Shown here: one piece after another, positions 53,939 to 64,000 of the stretch
Layout: each line of letters starts with the position of its first letter
Position numbering within the stretch: the stretch's first letter is position 1
Source: Kondoa subrosea
Lineage: Eukaryota
NCBI GenBank assembly: GCA_039545335.1
Contig: BCIN01000001.1
Location: 736,208-800,207 of the forward strand
Length of the DNA stretch: 64,000 nt
Direction: 5' to 3'
Notes under the pieces: model-generated
Database searches by the model: none
What the model was told of the DNA's origin: nothing
What the model saw: only the letters and a program-made list of their open reading frames with translations
Translations under genes and position numbers: made by a program

Positions 53939-55650
53939 TCAGGCTTGAAAAAAAGAGTCGAGATTGGACTACGACATAGTTAGGTCCAGTGCAGATCGCG
54001 GACAGAACACGCTGACTTACGTGTATCAAATCACGACTGCCAGGGCGAGAAGCTGCAGCTGCTAGGATCTCACGACGACAACTTGGGTTGACGGGCGCAG
54101 ATCTGAAGTATTCAGTAATCAGATGCTGCGCGGAGATTCGATCAGAAAATTTCAATAGCACATGATATGAACTCACATTTTCCTCCTCGAGAGCGAAAGG
54201 GTTGGTGATGGAATGAACTTCTAGTTTGACTCCCTTCTCGCGCATATCTCGCTTGAGAACTCGCCAAACATGCATTTTCATTTCGAGCCAAGTTGTAAAC
54301 TTTGGTTCGCCATAGGTTTCTTCGTACTCTTGCAGGCTTATGTTTCCGAGCATACACAATGCCAGTTCAACAGACACCCCCAATTCAGGGATGATTGTAC
54401 AGCCATCATCGAATTGCAGACATTCGATGCAGCCTAGAACGTATTCCTCATCTTGTTTGTTAGTTGCAGACCATGCAAAAGGTACGGTCAAAGACAGCAG
54501 ATTGTAGGAATGTATGTGACTCGGAGAATTTAAATTGTTCTGACATCGCAAATCGCCAATTGCCAAAATCGAGGGATAGTTGAGGATGTAGTGTAATTCG
54601 CTGAGCGATGCTGGAAAGCGGAAGTTGCCGATAGATTGCCAACCGAAGGTCTTGTGATCGAAAACCAGAGTAACAGATTTGAGATTGATGAATTGCAGCA
54701 AGGCTTTAGATGCCATAGATCGACATCATATAAGCTAAGTCTCAGCGAAACAAGATTGCGTGGCAACTGCCTCAAAATCCAGCCAATATCTGCATCTGGT
54801 TCATCATCAGGACTCATCCCAAAGCGAATGTCTGCTTTCGTGATGGATTTCCAGCCCCTGAGGTCGGAGCATCGCAGTCCAGAATACTTCCCATCGAGAT
54901 ACACCATCCGTGTATCGTCCGATTCCAGTATGGTCACTTGATCGCTGACAACGGCCTTCGTAGCAGGCTCCGACTGAATCCCCCAACCTTGTTCTCCAGA
55001 TCCCCAATGCTGCCAAACTTGGATTTCTGAGGACTCAGCTACTTTTTGCATCTCCTTCATCGCCGTGCCTCCGAAGCCATCATCTCCATAGTCGTAATCG
55101 CCCTCTAAGTAGCACTTATCACAGCAGCAATTTTCACGAGAGCGAGACCAATCCATCTCATCTGCCGCAATTGTGACCAATCTTAATACAGGACAATGTG
55201 CTACCAATTTCTTCAGTAATTTGATACTCCTCTGACGGTCAAAGTGCTGCTTCTTGAAAGTGATATGGACCTCTTTGACGGTCGACAGGATTTGGCCAGC
55301 TTCTGACCATTTCAAAGCATCATGCAATTGGTCCCAGCTATTGAAGAATAGGTTTCAAGCCAGAGGTGCAAGAATAAGGTAAAATTCTCGACAAACAAGT
55401 CGAAGGGAGACAAGATTCGAAAGATATGAGACAGGAAGCAGAGTACGAGGGAAAGCAGCGAGACGACAACCAGCTACAGCAGATTGCTAGAATGAGTGAC
55501 GCGGCTACACGAGTAGAGTGCCATCTTACGTTTATCAATGTCTGCTTCAGAAAGCGCTGCCAGGAGCACAATCTCTCTGCGTAATTCTGCAGGCAAGCGG
55601 TTGCTGAAGTAGCTTCTGCTGATGTTCACCGAATGCTGATGTGAAACCAT
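53939..55650 (-). pseudogene. F-box-like family copy 2 with frameshift (or sequencing error)
   Basis: Closely similar to copy 1; ~7-nt deletion near 54715-54725 splits it into two ORFs. Confidence 0.7.
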
Positions 55651-55833
55651 ACTCCTTTGAGTAGAAGCTCCCTGTTTACTGCTCTTCCGGTGGCTCTGTT
55701 CCTAATAAAATAGCGCGAAGAACAGTGTATCAAGCAGCTCTGGTATCAAGCAAATCTGGTATCTCTTGAGTATACAGTTCGAAGCTCTTCGCCGTTGTAA
55801 GACAAGCCAGAGATAATTTTGAGATGTTGTCAA

Positions 55834-57123
55834 ATGTCAGCCAACGCCTCTCAGTCAAGCCTGATTCTGGAGCTCCTAGGATTCCTTTTACCAGAGCACA
55901 ATAACCAGAATGCAGTACAAGTGATTGCCTTGCAAAATCTCTTGCAATTTACACCTTCGAGCAATCCGCATAGGCAGCTTTTCAGCGGTCGTATACAGCC
56001 GCAGCAACAACAGACTTGGATTTCTCTGATTGCGAATGCTAGTCGGCGAGAATCACTGGGCAGCGTTGGGCAGCATAGCGCTATCAACATATTGGTCAAT
56101 TTGACAGATGGGCTAGAAAGGGTTAATATGGTCTTGAAAGATCAAGGATGGTTAGAATGGGCTATCAAGACTATTCTCGTGCGCTTCTTCGACTTTTGCT
56201 TGTTGCTACCTTGGCCAATTTTTGAGAACAGCAAAAGGATTCTTTACTTGCGGATCCACTTTGCATGCTGCTTTCAAACCTAACGCAAAAGTCAGAGAAC
56301 GTCTCTTCTTCACTCCTTTCAATGAAAAACGGAAATTCGTCGGCTTTCGCACAACTGTTTGAAGTGTTTGTGAACGGAGCAGAGAAGAACCCACAAGTGA
56401 ACAAGAATGCTTCCTTTGATTTCTTAGCATCGTGCTTTGCCAATATTACAACCCTTCCAGCTGGAAGACGAGCTTTGTTTGCTTTACCGAAAGATGAAAA
56501 GGGAGAAAGTGCCATCACCCGCCTGGCTGCTTTCACGGAATGTAAAGACACGATACGAAGAGGAGGAGTCGCTAGTATACTCAAGTAGGCTCTTTTTCTG
56601 TTCTCCTTGTAACAGTAGGCTGATCATTGAATCAGAAATCTGTGTTTCGATACTTCAGCTCATGAAGATTTGCTTTCGCCCGAAAAGCAGAACATTCTGC
56701 CTCGCCTTCTTTTACCTCTTTGTGGTCCGGAAGAATATCGTTAGTCAAAAAAAAAAAAAACCTTCTTTTAGCTCAGTTCTGACATCGGATATAACAGCTT
56801 TTGAAGAAATGGACAGTTTCCCCCCTGAGGTACAATTGCTAGAAGAGAACAAAGTTCGAGAACCAGATGCAGCTATAAGAGCCATTCTTTTGGAAGCTTT
56901 ACTACTCTTGTCAAGTTCCGCGAACGGAATAGGACGAGAACACTTGCGATTGAAGAATGTGTATCGGATAGTACAAGTACTACATTTGAGTGAAACGGAT
57001 GAAAGGTGTAAAGAGCTTTGTGTTAGGTTAGTGGGATTGCTGATGAGGGACGAGTTGTCACGGGATATGCAAGGTCAGCAAATAGAGGAACTAGATGAAG
57101 ATTCAACCGTGCAGGAAATGTAA
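55834..57123 (+). CDS. HGH1: Hgh1/FAM203 (eEF2 chaperone) armadillo-like protein
   Basis: ADPLCMLLSNLT, FDFLASCFANIT, IRRGGVASILRNLCF, LPRLLLPLCGPEE, REPDAAIR..LEALLLL. Confidence 0.9.
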
Positions 57124-57188
57124 TAACAATGCAATGCAAACCCTATAGACAATCTTTGACACCTTATGACTGAAAGAGACTGAAAGTC

Positions 57189-59688
57189 TCAGACTTTTTC
57201 TGCTTTCTTTTCGTTCGTCCCTTGTATTCGATCTTGTGAAGCTCTTCTTGATGGTACGCGAGAATGACTTCTGCTGTTGCCTCTGCTCTCCTTATATGCA
57301 TTTGACCTTGCTACTTGTTGTTCGTGCAGGCGCTGTACTTCTTGTAATACTTTCGATTTCTGCCGGATTTGTTTACCCTTGAAGAAAAGCACAAACGGTA
57401 TCACGCCCAGCAGCAGTCCTGTTCAAATGATGAGCGAAATCTCGGGATATTAGCGAGTCTACTTACCAACCATAGAGACCAAAAAGGATGCCCATGTGTA
57501 GCCCATACCGTCATACATTCTTTCGAGGAATAGAGGAAATGAAGCTCCAGCCATATTCCGCTGAGAAAAATCGATGAGCAGAAAGCAATCACATGCGGAG
57601 ATGACTTACTGCGAATGACTGAGCTGCTATTGCCGAACTTGCATAAAGCAGATATGAATCGCTGAGATAGTTGAAGACAGCGATACTATGAGCAGCATGG
57701 TTAGATCAAGCTAAATGTGTCTAAGGTGAACGCACTAGATATGATATATACCGAGTAATATGAGAGCTAGACCGACACATGGACCCATCCAGTGACCACG
57801 ACCTTGCGAGAATCCAAAGATGAAACTGGTTACACACGTTACTTCTGCAATTGCACACGCTGCTGCTAGACATACCCGCCCATCGGTAGAAGTAGACCAC
57901 CAACGCAAGCCATGTATAAGCGAGCTTCAGGACCTTTCCTGGCTACGTTCTGCTTGTACAGCCGTTCTTGATAGCTGAGCCAAAGAATATCAGCCGCTGG
58001 CCAATCTTGGGTTGGAAGACACTAACACATTCAATAACATGCCCAGAGCCGCTCCAATACTGTTTTTTTCCAATACTGTTCAGCGCAATTCGACGCATCA
58101 AGTAATAAGACTTACACAGTGCTCAGATACATCAGACCGATAATACCGGTACTGAAGCCATACTGTGTGCGGAATACGAGAGTGACCGCCACGAGCAAAC
58201 CCCATCTGCTTACGCATCAGCCTGCAAACTTTGATATTGCTGAAAGAAGCCCACAGAACAGCCCAAGCGAAAGCAACCCAAAGACTCATGAAAGTAACAA
58301 CTGGTTCTCTGACCAGAAACGATAATGGTCGAGTCAGGGAATTCTGAGATTTTCATTTAGCAGAAGATCAAGTCATAACCGACATGACTGACCTTGATTA
58401 ATATTGGTAGCGATGCTCTTTCAGCATCTGCTCTACATTGATAGCGCTGATCGCCTGTTTCCTCTCGCATTTTCTTCGCTCGCCGTGATAGTATAACAGA
58501 ACCTGTGTCACGAAAATAAGCAAGAAGCAGATCTTCTCGTCAGACAATCGCCTCACCTCGGCTTTCCTTTAGGACGAGAAACATCACTACCCATGACACT
58601 CCGCCGACGATGATCTGAATCCATTGTATCCACCGCCAGCTCAATTCTGTAAGATGTGTTAGCGCACCTTGGTGCGTCTGATGAAGCATTTCGCCGACCT
58701 TGAGCTACAAATCCCATAACTGTAGGTGCTAGACCCGTCCCGACTGGTACAGCTCAGCGATCAGTATTGGCCAGCTCATTAGGAGGAGCTGAACTGACAG
58801 AAAGCAGCACTAGAGAAGACAGCCATCGGCGTTCCGCGTTCGCTCGTCACCCATATATCACTGTAGAAGGAACCAGCATAACTCGATCAGCACAACTTCA
58901 ACTATAGTAAACGCGTCACGAACGCTAAAACTCCTCCAGAAACTGTTGAACCCGTCGATCCCGCAGCTCCAGCTAGAAATCGACCGACAATGACTGTAGC
59001 TATGCTCCTTCCCGCTGCACTAGGTATCATGAACACCACCCAAAGGAATAGCGTAACGACGAAAAGAAGTTTTCGACCATAGACCTCCGAAAACGGTGCT
59101 GTTACTAGAGGCGTTATTCTGCGGTCAGAAGATTCAGCTTCTTGTATACCAGAGTGTGATTGTGACTGACCCGAAACCGAATGGGTAGACTGAGATGCCT
59201 AAGAGCGATAATTCATGCACTGTAATCTTGAGTTCTCGTTCCATGTCTGGGATTCCGATAGGAAAAGAAGAGCCGCCTTATGCGCGTATGATATTGAGCG
59301 ATCCGCTCACTGAAAATGGAAGTGAAACAGACCTACCGAATGCTACCAAAAAGGTGTTCCAGCATACAAGATAAGTAATGATCCACTTCTTCCTCCTTGG
59401 CCAATTGAAAGGGTTCTCGCTATCGCCTTCATCGAATTCAATATAGATAGGTTCCCCTTCACTCTTCTCAGCAAGCCCAAGGTCATCCACTGCGGTTTGA
59501 TCAGACTGTTCATCCGTTCGTGATCGTACTCTGTATTGCTGTCCTGTTGCATCCCAGCTTATTCCAGCGCTCATTTCTTGCCTTTCGTTCTCATCCTGAC
59601 GCTCTTGCTCAGTTTTAACTTTATGCAGCTTCTCTGTCAATTCATGTTCATTTATATCCGTAGGTTTCGGTATCGGCTCAGCACTCAT
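57189..59688 (-). CDS. MFS multidrug transporter, DHA1 family
   Basis: DSENPFNWPRRKKW, APFSEVYGRK, WRWIQWIQ, ESRGSVILSRRAKKMR, IPFVLFFKGKQIR. Confidence 0.92.
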
Positions 59689-59851
59689 GCTTCTCGTCAG
59701 TGGTATATGAACGATCGTTCGTTCCTTCTTCGTTGAATGTGAGAAACGAGCAGAGCTGAGTCAAAAAGGTTGTTAGAGCGGCTAATCTTCTCAATCGGCA
59801 GCAATTCGGCAAGTTTGATAAGATTGGATTCAATTGCTAGAATTGCTAATT

Positions 59852-61091
59852 CTACAGTGAAGGATATACGTCCGTTCGCCTTTGATCCCATAATGGCATG
59901 TCTTTCCGACTATGTAATCCAATTAGCGAACGAATTTGCACAAGAGTACAACGAGAAGACTGACCATTTGCGAAGGAACTCCAAATCGATTTCCGCTACA
60001 GCGAAAGTCTCTTCGCCATGTCCTCCAGCATCCGCAATTACTGTCCCCCACGGATCGATAATGAGACTGTGACCATAAGATTCTCGACCGGGAATGATTT
60101 CTGATAAGAACACAACCTTGTAAGTTTTCCCTGTCTTCATGCTGATGGAGAGAGTGTACCTTTGTCGTCATTTACATAACCTGGATAATGCGTGCCAGCC
60201 TGAGCAGGAGCCAGAACATAGGTCTGCGTTTCTATGGCTCGGGCACGAAGTAAAGCAACCCAATGCGGCGGTCCAGTCTTAGTAGTAAAAGCGCTCGAAT
60301 AAGTGAGAATATCCTGATGTACTCAACTCAGCTCGAGACCCGGTCGCGAGGAAAGTGACTTACTGCTCCTTGACCTCTCAGAGCTAAAGCAGCTTCAGGG
60401 AATCTCATGTCGTAGCATGTCAGCATGCCAATGTTGCCTAGAGGGGTTTTGGTTGGTTTGTTGAGCTTAGCGCCTGGTATTGTACTTTTGCTTTCGAACA
60501 TCCCTTGACTAGCCTAAGTATTCCTATAAGTCAGGATATTACAGAAGAAGGAAGTTACTGACCACTTCGAACATGTGCACCTTTCTATAGGTATCTACTA
60601 TCGTCCCAGACGGATTGATCAGATGTTGGCTGTTGTAGACTCGTTCTTTGTCTTCTTTCTGCTTGAGCTGTCAGCTTCCGTTCAGAATTTCAGGTTTAGC
60701 AATGACTCACGCTAGGTTCATGAACGCCAACACCAACTATCGATAGATCAGTACGCTTTCACTAAAGAAAGTATCAACTTGTCCTAAAGACTCACTCCAT
60801 ACTTTGTGCGACTTGGCTTCTTCCTGCATACCTTCAATGAACTGACGATTTTCTTGTGAATGAGTGAGCTTGTAGATTTCCGTAGATCTGGCCAAGAAAT
60901 CGGATGCTTCAGCTGTTTGCGCACACAAATGAGCCAACATAGATCGTCTGTCGAAGACTTTCTGACATACGCAGGTAAATTAAAGAAGCTCCTGATTGAA
61001 CAGCTTTCTTAATCACTCGTCGACAGCTTTCCAAGTTTTCTAGAATCGAAGGGACCGATTTGATTTGACAGACTGCTGCTCTCATAGCCAT
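59852..61091 (-). CDS. Nit-family nitrilase/amidase (Nit1/Nit2-like)
   Basis: YRKVHMF, LTCYDMRFPE (catalytic Cys), PHWVALLRARAIETQTYV, SYGHSLIIDPWG. Confidence 0.9.
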
Positions 61092-61236
61092 TTGAACGGA
61101 AAGTGCGATGTATTAGATCTTGAGAGAGCGAAAGCGAGGTATCAAGTTGCAAGGGTATCGACTTCCAACACCAAAGAGATCGACGTCTTGAGAAGAGAAA
61201 AAGAGAAATGATGCGGGTTGTTGTTCACGTAGTGCG

Positions 61237-61563
61237 ATGTCACGCGTATCTCTGCATCCGAATGCAGGTCTAGCAAGTCAATCAACCCAAAGTACGAAAC
61301 AACGCCAGATCCAAGCTTTGCAAGCGAAATTGCAAGAATTGGCAAACAATGTACAAAAACTCGATCAAGTCGTTTCAGTCACTGCGGAACAGGCTAGCTG
61401 CATAAGGGAGTTGGGTGGATATCATGGTGCTTTGTAAGTCTGCAAGGAGGACGCGCTGGAAGTCACTGTGCTGATGTGAGAGGGATTGATCAGATTCATG
61501 TCAGCCCAAAGAGTAATGACCGAAGAGCCGCAATCGACGGAAAGAGCAACAAACCAACAATGA
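61237..61563 (+). CDS. HSK3: DASH/Dam1 complex subunit Hsk3
   Basis: KQRQIQALQAKLQELANNV..LDQVVSVTAEQA..IRELGGYHGALFMSA. Confidence 0.85.
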
Positions 61564-61633
61564 ATGGAACAGAATGCAAAAAAAGACGTGTCCATGTAAT
61601 AAATGTTGTAAATCCCTATGCTGTAAAATATTC

Positions 61634-64000
61634 TTATGCTCGTGTACTTTCGCTTACTGCTGGAGATGATGCGAATGTTGGTACTGTGCCATTTGATTTG
61701 ACGTTCATCAAAGCAGCTGGAGGCATTTGAAACGGTGCAGATCGACGGAAAGAAGTGTTAAATTCCTGCTGAGCAGAGTCATGGCTGGTAGGTTTGATAG
61801 ATGTGGCTAAAGAAGGCTGCGTTGTGCTCCTGTGACCATTACTTGTCGGTGTGGCTGGTCTTGCTCCCGATGCAGAACGGTTCATAATCCAAGTATGTGA
61901 ATCCATGCTTTGCTGCCCATTTGACTTTGGTGCAGGAGAAGGCGGAGTTACATGCTTGGATCGCTGAGAGGGTTGTACTGTCTGCTTCACTTTCCCTTCG
62001 CCTTCTTCGGAGTGTTGGCTTGCCCTACGAGAAGGTGGTATTTGAAGAGGTAAAGTAATGTTGGTTTGTCTCTTGTCATTCAGCTGGTTGATATTGTGAA
62101 GTGAAGACTGTTTCTGATGATGAGGATGCTGGTAAATATTAGATTGCGGACGACGAGAAACAGGCGGAGTAGGGTTGCTTTGACTTCGAGCCATAGGCAC
62201 CTGCTCGACATATTGCGGTGTGCGAGAGAAATTCCCAAGTACCGGACCAGAGCTTGTCGGTTGTGGCAAGCTGATGCCCGATCTGGATACCGTCTGTTGT
62301 ACTGATGTCGCAGCTTTGGTATTGGCTGGTTGCAAGTCGACAGGCGATGACGATGATATGATATGAATAGCTTGTAGGGGAGGTGAAGCGAAGGAAGAAC
62401 CAGGTGCTGAAAGACCAAACGGATCAAGAGACGGGTTAGATGGGTAAAACGAGGGCTCGAATCCCATTGCTTTGAAATCGCGCTGGACTTCTGTTTCTGA
62501 AAGTTGCCAAGTGTCATCGATAGGTGCACAGTCGGCAAGCAACGATCGTTCGTCTGCCCTGTTCGTTGCATCGATATCTTGCTCGGTCGACAGAAATGGC
62601 AGAAATGAGGGCGCTTTGTCAACTGGAAGGTACAGTCGATCTATAATGGTACTCAGTAGGTAGTTTGGTAGCACAAGCACGATCTGACCTTCGTCACGAT
62701 CCCAAAATTCCGAATAGGCAACGCGCATGCTTGACTCGGCACCGCGTAGAAGACTTGCGCGCAAGTCACGCTTGGTCTCCTAGAGTCGATTATTAGGATT
62801 GGCCTTATTCAGAGGTAAGGCACTTACCAGCCAATGAGCCACTACATCACGTTGGTCCGAAATATTCAATACATCGAGCTCCTTCAAGCGGAAGCCGAGG
62901 TATGCTTTTGCATTATCTAGCCTTCTCTGCCTCTCGCTTGCCAGAGTAGTCAGTAAGCTGATGAGAATTGGATGAGTATCGTTCTCTAATAGATCCTTTT
63001 CGATATGAACAGTTGCCGATGCTCTGTGCGACAGTACAATTAACTCAGTAGATGACTATAGATGTACAGCAGATATCTTACCTTTGCCTGATTATGTCGT
63101 TTTCTGCTCTCTTTCTCTCTCTAGCCGTTCGCGTTGTGACTGAGACAGCAGCTATCGCGGATATTAGGCAGTGATCAGCTTCAAATGACCAAACTTACGA
63201 GAGGGCTCTCGACTACCAGCTTTACTGCTTCCAGCTTTTGACGAACCTGCAGGTCGACCTCTTGCGGTCACAATGATCTCTGGTACGAGTAAAGTCTGCC
63301 TGACCGAGTTGCTGGAAGTCGTAGAGGTAGGTGTGATCTCCTCTGCTTGGTCATTGTGCTGTTCACTCTCTTCACTCGAAGACAGATCAGCTACTGCTTT
63401 TCGTTTACTTGAAGGTCGAGCTTTCCCGCGTCTGTCTGATCCGGAGGGAGGTGCAGGGCTTGGTCTTCTACTCGAAGTGTTGGATGCTCGACTTCTGCTC
63501 GTCGTCGCTAACTTCGGTGGAGCCTTTTTATTGACAGCTGCGACTCGTTTCGATCTACCGCGCGTTGCGACTTCCGGACTTTCAGAATCGCGTGAATTGG
63601 TTGTTTTTGTTTTCTTTGGCCGCGAGCGGTGATTCGTCTTTTCAATGATAGGCGGAGCAAGACTTATCACAGGCGGCCGATTGGCAGAATCCGACACAGC
63701 GTCATCGGAATCAGATGCTTCTTCTGAAGAGCTGGAGATGTCTGACATGCTGCTAGTATGATCAGGATCTATCCTTTGACGTTTGGTGGACGCAGAAGCT
63801 GATTTAGCCGGTGAAGGTCTTGCGCGAAGACGACGAGGTGAAACCTGCCCATCTCCATTGTTGGTATCACCTTCAGCGTCGCTTCCTGCAGGAGATGCTA
63901 CTGGTGAAGGAGATAATGCTTTACGCTTTCGGGCGCTCCGGCGAGCAGAGGAATCAGCGTTGGGAGTTGGCCCTCGGGAATTTGCAGGAGTATTCTTCGG
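61634..64000 (-). CDS. Sds3/Dep1-like Rpd3L-associated protein (5' end outside window)
   Basis: Central IEKDLLENDTHPIL..ERQRRL coiled-coil block flanked by long low-complexity regions. Confidence 0.6.

Noticed and set aside
56747..56760. Poly(A)14 tract in HGH1
   Set aside because: Simple homopolymer inside an intron; no retro-insertion hallmarks

Overview
Compact, intron-rich fungal genomic DNA. The ~50-nt introns, frequent micro-exons and gene content point to a basidiomycete, plausibly a Pucciniomycotina yeast (inference). About 36 protein-coding loci can be assembled by manual splicing. Housekeeping genes include TRM1, DBP2, DED1, LIG4, SNX4, SDH6, HGH1, HSK3, a Nit-family amidase, HMG-CoA lyase and a Kic1/Nak1-type kinase. 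Expanded small families are 3 related MFS transporters, 3 tandem PaaI thioesterases, 2 tandem SnoaL/NTF2-like genes and 3 F-box/LRR-like genes. No tRNA, rRNA, CRISPR array or transposase was seen. Top leads: (1) the 798-nt DBP2 intron carries three nested long-range helices that would shorten it to a near-typical length, a plausible helicase-sensing autoregulatory switch; (2) an F-box-like family whose spliced C-termini form tandem PCNA-binding PIP-box-like motifs, with a canonical QSKLDTYF in one copy created only by splicing; (3) thioesterase paralogs whose conserved active-site Asn sits in a 6-nt micro-exon and whose promoters share an identical 15-bp Yap1-type element; (4) an unannotated spliced ~51-aa membrane microprotein. 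All gene models come from manual reading, not from searches or RNA data.
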